A stretch of DNA of 64,000 nt from Cetorhinus maximus (taxonomy: Eukaryota), in the NCBI RefSeq assembly GCF_964194155.1, contig NC_135898.1:3472001-3536000 (forward strand). Reading direction: 5' to 3'. The translations under genes and the position numbers were made by a program. The notes under the pieces were generated by a model that was given only the letters and a program-made list of their open reading frames with translations, had not been told where the DNA came from and did no database searches. Positions 12,805 to 25,400 of this stretch are shown in pieces. Position 1 is the stretch's first letter; every line of letters begins with the position of its first letter.

Positions 12805-15800
12805 GAGTTTTTTTTAAATTCATTTATTTTCATTCATCATTATCACAGCATCCTGTGCGTCTCTATCCACAACACGAGCAGATCTCCTGTTCAAGCTTCG
12901 GTTCAATTTTTTAAAAAACACACAAGAAAACTTCCAAATGTTATTTCAATTTAAAATGAATGAACTTCAGGGGAAGTTTTAAGCTGTGGACTGTGTAGGA
13001 ATTTTACATCCCTGCCTCACTACACCAATAAACCTACTGCAGGGTTTTGATAACATTGAATAAGGAGAAAAACTGTTTTCACCGGCAATTGGTAACCGGA
13101 GGACACAGATTCAAGGAAAATTGCAAAAGAATCAGAGGCAAGATGGGAAGTATTTTTTTTTTTACAAAACAGTCTGGAATGCACAACCTGAAGAAGTGAG
13201 GGAACAGATTAAGTTGGAATTTTCAAAAGGGAATGGGATCAATATTTGAAAAGGATAAATATGCCAGGGTTTAGTGAGTAATTGAATAGCTCTTTCAAAG
13301 AGCCAGCACAGAGGCAATGGGCCAAATGGCCTCCCTGTGTGGGCTGTCTGATTGTACACTGTTGTGAGCTGCCACTGCCTGCACAGGGGAGATGCAGAGG
13401 TGGTTTAATATTTCCCACGCTGCTCCGTGCAATTGTGGGATATTATTTTGCTGCTCTTAAACTGACCCAAAGTTAATTGGGCTGTGAGAAGAAAAATTAA
13501 ATCCTGTTGCTGGTCACAGAAGACATTTGATAGATACAGACTGAACAGTATACAGGGGACCCCTTCCTGTGCTTTGCCCTAAGACTACAAACTGTAACCG
13601 ACCCAGACATCACCCACAGGATTAGATCTTCTGAGGGCTGCCACCAGGCTTCCTGCTTATCTGCAGTGTGTGCAGCCTAAGCGACTCAAGAACCGTGTTT
13701 CACAGATGTGAAAGGTCATGCAAAAAAGTGAGTTAGCTCAACCAGTTACCCGACTAAACTGTAATTTATTGCATTTTCAGGCTGGTATAATTTGAAACTG
13801 TTTCCACTGGCAAGAGTGTCAGCCTCTGAAGACCAGACTTTAAATAGGATGTCAAGGTCTTAAGAGAGGGATCGGAGATGGTTTATTAGGGTGGTTCCAG
13901 AGATGAGGGAATTGAGTTATGTGGAGAGACTGGAGAAGCTGGGGGTTTTTCTCCTTTGAGCAGAGAAGCATATTGATAAGTGTCCATAATGATGGAAGGT
14001 TTAGTCCAGTAAATACAGAAAAGAGGGAGGAAGGTCATTAAGTAGAGGACACAGATTTAAGATAATTGGCGAAAGAACCAGCAGAAAGAGGAGGAGAATT
14101 TGCAAAAAAAAAAAATAGCAAAGTGTTGTGTTCTGGAATTCACTGCCTGAAAGGGAAAAAAAAAGGAAGCAGATTCAATGGTAACTTTCTAGAAGGAATT
14201 GGAAGAGGAAAACTCTACAGTTATGAAGGAAAAATGTGAAGTGAGGTGATCTGGATTAGCACTTTCACAATGGGCTGACTGGCATCCTTCTACGCTGTGC
14301 GTTTCTAATACATTATATTGATAAAATATTCCTGTTTAGTGATTTTGAATGAGAATGAAAGGAAAGGATTTGTCACTGGTTACTGAGTTTGATGTGAAAG
14401 AGCCAAGTTATCACAAAGTTGATTCAAGAACACAGCTCTCTTGCAATATAAATGGGACAAACAGTCATTTAGTTCATCCTTACCCCATCAAAACATGGAA
14501 GTCTCTGCAAGACTCTAAAGCTTTGGCCTCCTTTATCCTAGCAGAGGTGTTCACTCACTCAGAGGGAAGAGCAACCACATAAGAACCCAAGCACCTTGAC
14601 TCTTCCTATCAAACAGATTTGATAAGCTTTTTTTCAAAACATCCTCTGAAAAGATTTCCTGTCAAGAATGAAGTTCTAGTCTTTCCGCACATATAAAGTG
14701 CCCCAAACCAGGGACAGCATGTCCCATGACATTGATGGATTCAGCGTGTTCCTTAGTTATGCTCGAGACGAGAAATCCAAGTTTCTTCCCGGTGGGGGAG
14801 GTCGCACAATGGGGCGGGGGGAAAGCTTGGGAAGGAGAAAGGGAATAATTGATAATACACATCGCTTTGATTTGGAAAGTCAAGAGTGCAAGTGTGGGAG
14901 CGAGGGCAACGGAATTTACCTCCTTCAAGGAAAGCATGAAGGGTTTGGGTGAAACTCTATTCTATTTTCATTTTTAAAGCCATTCTGGGTGGCATTTCTC
15001 TGGAAGAGAGGTCGAGGGGCGATCAGACTCAACATTATGAAAGGATTCAGATAGGATATACGTAGAGAGAGATGTTTCCTCTTGGGCCAATATCAGATAG
15101 TCACGAATAATTCAATAGGGAATTTGCCCCAGAGAGTGGCGAGATAGCAGAACTCACTCACTACCAGATGGGGTAGTTGCATTTATATGGAGGCTAAATA
15201 AACACATGGGGGGGGGGGGGGGGGGGGGGGGAACGAATAGGAGGATATATTGATAGGGTGAGATGTAGAGGGGTGGGAGGAGCTCATGCGGAGCTTAAAC
15301 ACCAGCATGGGCTGAAAAGTCTATTGCTATGCTGTAAATGAGATGAATTGGACAGCTGGAAGATATGTCGAAAATGTGAAATACTACACAAGAACATTTT
15401 ATGAGTCAGTAAAGTTAAGGCAAATGACCAGAGAAGCAAGCAACTTAAGGAATGGAAAATAAGATCCAGATACTGGATGAGACACAAAGTGGAGCAGACA
15501 GGAATGAACCTTTTGTTTCTCAGTGTCTGGACATAGTAGCACTATTTGCACGTTGAAATGGAGCGACGAGCCCCAGGTAGCTGGCTAGAGTTTCATGGTG
15601 ATGTTCTCAAAAAAAAAACATTTCTGGCATTTGAAATCCTTGCATGTTGGGAGAATGATAAGTTGCAATTTAATCATGAACCACATATCTTAAAGAATGC
15701 ATTTTTTGTTTTTAAAAAGACTACATAAATAATCCATAGAACAATACCTCAAAACAAGAAAATGTAGAAAAATAGCACAAACTGCTACCAAAGCCACGGT

Positions 15801-18494
15801 GAACTGATAAAAGGAGAGCTTGTACCCCCCCCAAAAAATGTGGGAGTGCGCGGGGGAGAAGTTTAGATTGAGTGGAGTCGCATTGTGGAGAAATGACATG
15901 TTAGAAACCTGGGCGTCACCTGATAGTTTGAGAGTCATAAGTTGGTGGGGAAACCAGGGGTAATTTGCTGAGGGACTACAGTGACATATATGGGGAAGAA
16001 CTAGGCTGAATCAACAACTTTGTTCTCTTTATTACCATATCCCACTAAGGTTTTAGAGTCCAGCTTCCCAGAGACCAAAACACAGCTGGCCCAAGAGCCC
16101 ATTGGTCACCTCTTGAGACTGGATGAGCTTTGGCCACGAATCTGTGTGAGGCATCGCCCAGCCCTGAACCCTTCTCTCCCAGCAATGGGCACCGGATAGT
16201 GATCTTCATCAGTGAACTCTTGACTGATCCTGGGTTGGGTACAGAGAGTCCATTTGATGCTACCTCTCCTGCAGGCATCCCCCCCCCCTACCACCACCAC
16301 CACCACCACACCGATTCCCCAGCTCAGAGAAGCTCATTCAATGCATAGAGTGAGGATTGAACCCAGAGCCTGGTTACATACCCCTGGGAGTGGTGTGGGG
16401 GTTGAGGGGGAGCAAGCTCACCCTGCTTTACCTTCATTTCCCTACCCTCCCTCCTCCAAAAGTCAACAATTCCAAGTCCAAAGTGGCATAAATACCTAGA
16501 GTTTGGGGAGTGTGCTAATAATAGCAGTACCTCCCAACTCCCATGTGGTTAAGGCTATCTTGATCAGCAATTTTCTGTAGTGTTCAACTCAGGGGTTGGG
16601 AGGGGGGGTTGGGGGGAAGCAAACACAGAAAAGAAACATAAAACACCGATACTAACGTCCCCTCCCCGCCGCCCAAAAAAACTTCTCCACAACACGGACC
16701 GGCCGTCATGAGACACTACTGAAATTTGACCTTTAAGAGCCCTGGGGTTTCATCAATGATTAAAGAAAAGTTTTACAGAGAATACTTTTTAAAATAAACT
16801 AAACACAAGGTACTATACACAAACTGTACAATAGTAACTGTAAATTGCACATTGGCTTCTAGCAACACAATCCATCACCTTCCTCTCGGACAGAAGGTGG
16901 AGACATACAATTATACATCATAGGTGCTAATCAGAGCAGTGCTGAGGCCCCTTCTGCACTGTTGCCTTTTCTCTGACAGTTTTCTCCCATCTTTAATATC
17001 TGGGCTGCTCAATGCGGTTTATGAGGACCGGCAGCACTCCAGGTGACACCTCCCAAGGTACAACACTACAGGTGACTGCCACTCTCTTACTGTGACAGGG
17101 TACAGCTTTCAGGGGGCTGGCAGTGACCCGCTCATACCCTTTGCATTAACCTTGCTTTCCCAACAAGCAATGGTCAACAGGCTTTTCAGCTTTGTGGCCG
17201 AGTTTGATCCTGCCCTCAACTCATGTTCATTTGGGGATCAAGTATTGGTTGGAAGCAGCAGCCAAGGCCCAATCCACCACCAACAATGCCACCCCTCTCA
17301 GCTCAGGATCAACATGAGCCTGTGATTGTCAAACAACAGGGCAGACCTGGATCCAATTGATTGCGATGCTGTGTGTGCGTGGAATTTATTTTGGCAGTTG
17401 CTTTATTCTGGATGGTGAGATGGCCAAGTCGAGATGCTAACAGGATGGCAACATACTTCATCACAGTAATGCGATTTCCATCAAGCGATTGGGTCACCCC
17501 CACTACATGTTCACAATGTCATTGTTCTTTCCAGTGAGGACAAGTGATTAATAGGAGAACAATCCCAACATCACAATCTCCACTGCAAAGTTGCAACGTT
17601 TTATTGGTTATTCAGGAAACACAGCATCAGAACACACCCCTTAGGAATTACTCAAATCAAACCCTTGATGCTAAGTGTCTATTTCTCTCCCCCTCCTCTC
17701 TGGAGGGTGTGGAGTTTTACTGGAGTACAGTTCCATGGGCAGCAGCCTTTCACCATCAGACCCAAGCTGGTATCCTTCACAGGCTGTTTAGCCGTGGCAT
17801 CACCGTAGAGCCCAATTCTGTCCTCGCTTTATAGGCAGTGGTTAAGGAGGGGTAATATTTAAGAAAAGCAAATCTGGCTGATTTCATTTCTCCCTCTCTT
17901 CAACCAACCACCTCCCCCCCAACCCCAACCCCAACCCCAAACCTGCCCTCCTCCAACCAGCTTGCACCCCAGGTTCAGAGACACCTCGACCAACTCTAGC
18001 TAACACCTGGGATCTTCTGCTCTCTGGGGCTCAGTACCATTAGTTGGGGAGCTTCTTCAAACTCTGATGCTAAGTGGGAGAAAGAAAAAAAAATCTGCAA
18101 CAGTACAGATTTGGTCATTTCAGCACAACCCATCACCAATTCCGGGGGCCTTTCACTGTTCCCTTTTAGAGAATTTTTTTTTTTTAAGTTTTTCCTTCGT
18201 CTTTAAAGTTCCTTCAAGAAATCAGTCCGTACAAACTTACAAAATTAATTGGGTTTTGTTGCGTTACTTTGAGATGGAGGTGGAGATCCAGTTGAAACTT
18301 CTTCCGTTGATGTAATGATGTGTGGGGATTTGTTTTTCTTCTCAGAAGTGCTTTCATTCTTCACTGAGCAGGTACTCACTGCTCGCTGTCCCACATCCTG
18401 AAATGAGTCCCCTTCAAAATGACCGCTTCCTTGTATGAATGTGTGGCTCAGGATCATTAATTTTTAAGTGCCTAAAAGCTGTATTTGAGACATC
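12805..18494 (-). other. Putative terminal 3'-UTR exon of the beta-TrCP-like gene
   Basis: Acceptor (TC)n...ctttag at 18495-18496; AU-rich UTR-like blocks at ~16780-16860 and ~15700-15800; AATAAA(-) at 12823-12828 followed by a GU/U-rich tract; alternative AATAAA(-) at 16028-16033. The 3' end is uncertain. Confidence 0.45.
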
Positions 18495-19286
18495 CTAAAG
18501 AGAACGAGACAAAGAGAGAGAGAGCGAGAGAGAGAGAGAGAGAGAAAAGAGGACAAATGTCAACACTTTATATCAGGGCAAAGGGAGCAGATAGAAGTGT
18601 TGGGCATCTGAAAAGCCAAGGCTTGAAGCTGTTGGACTACTACTTAATTTGCCAAGGCTTGGTCTCCCGGACTGTGGCTCTTGACCCTGGTGACATTTTA
18701 ACCTCGTACCTGCCTGAGTGAAGGTTGCTAAATCGTGGTCTCGAGAAGAAATGGTCTTCAGACTTTTGATAAACAAAGCCGAGAAGTGTGTAGGGAGAGA
18801 TTTGTAGAGACACAGCAAGTCACCCAAAAAAAAATTAAATCAGTATTCTTTTTCTAACTGCTTATTAGCAGATTCGCACCAATTACGGATATTTTCAACT
18901 CTCAACTTAGCCAAACAGAATTTAGAGCTTGGATTGATTCATATGTCAGGAAGGCATTGTGATTTGGTTACTATAGATGATTTGCCGTTAGGTTACTGGG
19001 GAGTGCAAGCCGTTTTTAAACCAGGTACCAGACTCCTGCACTTGCTGGCCAAGCAGAGTGACATAGCTGCCTGGATGGAACCAGTTCGACTTGATAATAA
19101 AGCTCACGGTTGAATTCTAAACTGAATCACTGGGCTCATTCGTCCATCCTTCCCTTGATCAAGAGACCAGGACCCTCATTCACAAAGAACGGGAGGACAT
19201 CTTCAAAGGTGGCAGCAGGACAAAGGGGTTATTAGCACACGTGTTCTGTTCCTTACCATGACTGGTCTGACGCGAGATGCCTGCAC

Positions 19287-19448
19287 CTATCTGGAGACGT
19301 AGGTGTACGTGCGGGGTGCTGACTGCGAGCCGTCCCCTTGCTCGGAGGGCACATTCAGGAAATCCCAGATCAGGATGGTGTCATCATGAGAACTGCTCAC
19401 TATCTGGAACTCGTCAAACTGAAGCCTGAATACTCTCCCGGAATGCTC
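19287..19448 (-). CDS. beta-TrCP-like last coding exon
   Basis: [53 protein letters not shown]; the exon continues to a G|GTAAGG donor at 19257/19256. Confidence 0.95.
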   Translation of the reverse strand, partial: EHSGRVFRLQFDEFQIVSSSHDDTILIWDFLNVPSEQGDGSQSAPRTYTYVSR

Positions 19449-22400
19449 CTGTTGTCAAGGGGGAGAGAAATTGGAGGAAGGAGCGGGGGTTAAATAAACA
19501 TTATAAGAAAAGGCTCATAAACTGACTTCATACTCCTGCTAACCCACAGGATGTACATGTTGGAAATTAAAGTGGTTGGAAAATCACTTGCAGTGTTACC
19601 CAAAAACAGCCAGTATTCCATTAGGTTTCCTAATTGCCTTATTCCGTTTAACACAGGAGCCAGAGTCGGCCATAAAGCCCCTCAAACCTGCTTCCCCATT
19701 CAATAAGGTCATGACTGACATTCTATATTAACTCCACTTTGCCGCCCAATCCCCTATTCCTTTGCATCCAAAAATATTTCAAGCACAGTCTTGAATATAC
19801 TCAATAATGGAGTATTCAGAACCCACTAAGGTAAAGAAATCCAAAGATTCACAACCTCAAAGTGAAGGAATTTCTCATCTCAGTCCTAAATGACATACTT
19901 TATTATGAGACTATACCCACTAGTTCTAGGCTCTCCAGCCAGGGGAAAAAGCCTCTCAGTACTCATTCTGTTTAGTCCTTTAAGAATCGTATATGTTTCA
20001 ATGAGATCACCTCTGATTCTAAACTCCATAGGCCCGTACTGCACAATATCTCCTGGGATTACCCATTGGCCGGGCAAAGCCTGTAGTTTCTTTTGTGAGA
20101 TGTCCCTTTCAGACCAAAGTGGGTTGAGGAGTATTCTAAAAGAGGACTAATTTGTTTCCTGATTATGACATTATTAGGTTCTAAGAAATGTCCATGTGAC
20201 CCGAGGTTGCTAAGTGGATGAACAGCTAACAAGCAAAGGGTAAATTGAAAGCTAATACAGCAGTGTTTGGTTTTTTCAGCCCGTGTTTGTGGCAGAAAGT
20301 TCAGAATAATGAGAAGTCAGGCGAACTACAATAAGCAAGTTTCTCTCTGCATGGAAACAGTTTTCTGTTTTGCAGTTTTTGAACAGATCCTGGTGTTGAA
20401 GCAGGCCTTTGAGAATAAAGCAGAGAGATTGTTAGTGTGTGTGTTATACAGTCGGAAAGGACAAAGAGCTGAAGACAGGAACTGTAAGGGACTATGGATT
20501 GGATAAGACCCATTACCAGAGCCCACCAGACTGTTTAAAGGGATCAAATAAGGGAGTGTCTGTGAAACCTGTGAAGCCATCAGGATTGTCATGAACAGAC
20601 AGAGAGAAAATTCGTAGACACAAGCCTTGTCAATGGTAACCGTGCCCGGATACTTTGGATGGAACTTTGGATGGAATATGGGCGCGGTGAATGTGACTCA
20701 AAGGTCAAAACGATTGAATGGGAAGTGAGAAACGTTACAAAATGGAGGCCAAGTTGAAAAAACCGTGAGATTGTATGTGGAAGTAAAGAGAGTGCTTGTA
20801 TCTAGTGAGGTGTACCTTTGTTGTATTGACCATTTAAAGCGAAATTTACCTTTTTTGAAAAAAAAAAAGCCGTTGCCTTTTAGCTTGAAATACATTGGTT
20901 TTAGGTGGCTTCCTTCAGTAAAAATTTTAAAATGTATTGGGAAAACCATATCTTCACAAACTGCATTTTTCTTTTAAAATATGGAAAGACAGTGCATTAT
21001 CTGTAGCCAGAGAATCCTCATCTGTGTGTAACTTGTCTGTGTTTTGGACCTTAAAAGCTGAGACAGGAAAAATTGGTCCAGTTCTATATTCTCCTCCACG
21101 CTGAAGTTCTGCTGGTGAGAACCTCTAGACAACGACGGGGTCTTGACACAAGGGAGCCCCAGATTGACAATGTCGAGACCCTGTGAACTTCAGCCTTCAT
21201 TTTATAATGCCTATCCTCTAAAGACCATCTGTGCAGAACAACCCTCTCTGTTCGTCCTTCCTGTGTGCGCGCACTGGGGTATTTTTAAAAAGGGATAGAT
21301 AGAGTACAATTGTGTGTTAACTGGTTCTTGCAACTTGTTTTGAAAAAAAATTTTGTTTCTAATAAATCAATTGTCTGGAGTTTATTGAAAGAAGCCAGGT
21401 TAAAGTCTCTTTTATTCTGGGTCTAACAGTAGTGAAGGTAAGTAATTGGACATTTTGGTGAGTGAATTAAACTTTTAAACTAATGGTGCAACCTGCAGAT
21501 TAGCGGGGCTAGATAAACTGCGCATCCCTCCTATCCTGGTCATAACAAAAGTGAAATGTTGTCCACCAGTTTTCTTTTCATTGACTTCATGGGGATGACT
21601 TTCTTTTTATAAAGCTATCAGTCTCTGCGGGGATCGTGACATTGCTCTATCTAATGGACATTTGTTGCACCACCTCTGGGGCAAGTATATCCTTCTTCGG
21701 GTAAGGAGACCAAAACTGTAGATTGGACTCTAGGTGTGGTGTCACAGAAGGCCGATATAATTGCAACAAGTGCCTTCCTCATTGCTTGCTGAACCTTCAT
21801 GTTAACCTTAGGTGCTCCCAGGTTACAATATGAGATTTAAAGCCCCAACCTTTTTTTTTAAAAAAAAAAATTCATTCACGGATGTGGGCGTCTGGTGGTG
21901 AGCTGCCTTCTTGAACCGCTGCAGTCCACATGGTGTAGTTACACCCACAGTGCTGTTAGGAAGGGAGTTCCAGGATTCCGATTCCGGGATAAGCGTGTTC
22001 ACAAGAGCACAGTAGATTCGTGATAGATAGAACTATCACAGTTTAAAAGTTAGAAGCTGGATTCTTACCACCAATGTTCGCAGACAGAGGGTCCCGGCTG
22101 GCGATCGGGGGTCCAACGCAGCCACTAGGTCCCACACTTTAATTTTGCTTTAAAACAAAACAGAAAGAGAAAACAAACTGAATAAACACAAAGACACAAA
22201 TCATCGTGTCAGCTTGTGATTTTTCTCATCCGTCTGCCAACAATGTAAACAGCCACAGACTCGAGCACAGGGCTGCAGGCTACTCAGCTGTGGAATGTGC
22301 TACCTAAATGCAAGTTGATTTCCAATTACAGACGCTCATTGCACAATAACACTTCATTTTCAATCTGGCCTACTCTGCCAAGAATGCCATACTGTCTGAG

Positions 22401-25400
22401 GGTCAGTGATGAGGGAGTGCTGCAGTGTCCGAGGGTCAGTACGGAGGGAGTGCTGCAGTGTTTGAGGGGGTCATCTTCTGGATGAAATGTTACATGATGA
22501 CAGTGACTATATTTCAAAAACTATTTTATTGGCTTCAAAGCTCTCCACGAATGGTCTGTGGCTGTGAAAGGCGATATACTAGTGAAATTTCTTTCTCACC
22601 CATCGTAGGCTCCGCTAACTATCCGCTTGTTGTCAAAGCGAATACAACGAACTAGTTCTTCGTGACCCTCCAGAACTCGCAGACAAGCACCGCATTCGAT
22701 ATCCCACAACCTGCAGCAGGGACAGATTAATCAAAGATAAAAAAAGACGGAGTGGAAATCTACAGCAAGAAAACAGGTAAAAAAGGCAGAAACTCAAACT
22801 CTCTTTTATCCTTTACGATGCTCCTTAAAACCTAGTTACAAGTCTAAGTGTTTGGTCATCTGTCCTAATATCTCCTTAGGTAGTTTGCTCAGATTTTGTC
22901 CGATAACATTTCAAGGAGCTTCGCAACAATGTTCAAGGTGTTATATGAATGCTAGCTATTATTGTTGAGATGGGCAGTGGTTTGATAACACTATGGAGGA
23001 GCAGTGAGTTAACGGGGGGGGGGGGGGGGGAGGAAAGATGACATCTGTGGGTGTTTACACAGGATTCTTTGCCATTTTCCACACAGGAGAGATCTTGCGG
23101 CTTCTGATTGTTAGATGGTGGGAGGTGGCTGTCAGCTTCTGCTACTCAGGTGAACAAGCAAATACTTAAAGAACACACCGGAGTTCAGCAGGCAACACTC
23201 GCACCTCAGTATCAAAAGGGTTTAACTCCTAGTCCAGAGACTTCAGCACATCATTTGGGCAACAGTCTCAGTGCAGTACAGAGGGAGTGCTACAGTGATG
23301 GAGGTGCCACATAGCTGATGAGTTGTTACACTGAGCCCCTAGCTGTCCTCTCAGATGGATGTCAAAGGCCCAGTTGGCCATGACTGGAAGAAGAGCAGGG
23401 GAGGTCTTCCTGGTGTCTGATGTCTTGGCCAATATTTATCCCTCAACCAACATCATTATCTAATCATCATCACAATGCTGTTTGTGGGAGCTTGCTGTGC
23501 CCAAATTGTTGCCATTTTTCTCGACATGACAACAGTGAGTACACTTGCTTTGGGACAGCCAACATCATGAAAAACGCTACAGAAATTCAAGTTATTTCTT
23601 TTAACCAGGTCTATTTCTGCCTGAAATAAATAGAGCATTTAATGATGCTCTAACTGGCAACTTTGAATAGGAAGTTCATGCACGTAGCTAATGGTCATCA
23701 CTCTGTGGCTGATAGAAGCAACAACTTTTAGTGGGACTGCAGTTTGAGAGAGGTTAAAAAGACCTGGTGTGGGTGGGAGAGACATACCGGATTGTGTTAT
23801 CAGAGGAACCGCTGACGACTAGTCTGTCCCTGTACTGCAGGCAGGCGATGCCCCGTTTATGACCATTGAGTGTTCGCACAAACTCGCAGGAGCCAGTGTT
23901 CCACACCTAGAGGGAGAGGGAGCCGTAAGGAGGTACGCTGAACAAAAACAGTCGACAGCTAGACAAACAAGAAATTCTTAGTTTACTAAAAAGAACAGAG
24001 GACACAAGGGCAAGCAGCTGAGAGAAATTTCTTAACTCAGAAGGAATACCAGAACTGACTGAGCTTGGAATAATCCTGACAAAACAAAACAGAATGGTAG
24101 AAGACGAAGGAATGTCCAATCGGTGAAGGCCAAGTTTGAGTTTTATAATATTGTCAAGTGTTCAGAGGAGCTGGAGAGTGGTGTGAAGAAAGTGTGATTG
24201 TTTTCTTTGCACGAGGTGTCAATGGATTTTTAATGCAAGTCCCACTCCAGAGACTTGAACATGTAACACAGGCTTACAATCCCAATGCGATACGAAAGGG
24301 GCGTCGAGCTGTACTTGAGGGTGCCCGACACCGAGGGAGTTTCACACTGTCAGTGATGCCATCATTCGGATGAGGCGTTAAAGTGAGACCCTGTTCAAGT
24401 GAAATATAAAAGGTTGAGCAAGAATGGAGAGTTGTCCCACTGTCCTGGGTCAATATTTGACCCTGAGCCAACACCCGTCAAAGAGATTTTCTTGTTTTTG
24501 ATCTCATTACTTTTTATGGGAGCTTTCTGTATACTATGTGGCAGGGTGTTATCCACTGTGTTAGAAAAAGAATGAACTAGCTGTGAATGACTTGGGGATG
24601 TCCTGACAAGGACAACGTTCATTGCATATTATTGTACTTAGGTAACGAGCATTAACTGGGCATTGACTACAGCCCCTTCTAAATAGATTCAGACTAAAAC
24701 TGTGGTTGTGGGGTTAGGAGATGTAGACTTGTAGCACTTGACAAGATATAGCACTTTACAAATGCTAATTCAGGTGCCCAGATTGCCAGGGAACATTCTT
24801 GGAATGCTATGTGATGGCAAAACGTTTAAAAAACTGGATCAACCTGCTGCTCTGCTGGTGAGCTGATCCAAGGCAGTCAGCATCAGAACTTGTGGGCTAG
24901 AGACACGCAAATTCCAAAGCAATTGTACCCAGTATCCCATTGCTGGCGAGAGTTGATATAATATACTCATCTGACAAGAACAGAACCAAGTCTTGGTTAA
25001 GCGCACCCCACCCAGTCAAACAGCCTGTAGACTCCAGTCTGTTAAGATGACAAGATTTTTATTGGCTAAGGGAATCAAAGGACATGGAGCAAAGATAGGT
25101 AAATGGAGTTTGTGTAGAGATCAGCCATGATCTGACAGAACTGCAGAACAGGCTCAAGAGGCTAAATGGCCTCTTACTGTCGCAATAAAGAATAGATACT
25201 TGGGGGAGGGAGGAAAAAGATGGACAGACATTGAAAGAAAGGAAGGAGTAATGAAATAGATCTTACTTTGATCGTCCTATCTCCAGAAGCTGATACGATG
25301 TACTTATCATCAAAATCCACAACATTGACAGCTGCCCTGTGGCCGACCAGGACTCTACGTAAGGTGATGTCCGTGGAGGTGCTCATATCCCACACAGCGA

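Noticed and set aside
15208-15231. G24 homopolymer (also a G run at ~23014-23030)
   Set aside because: These are simple homopolymers within or near repeat remnants; lengths are unreliable and there is no evidence of function.
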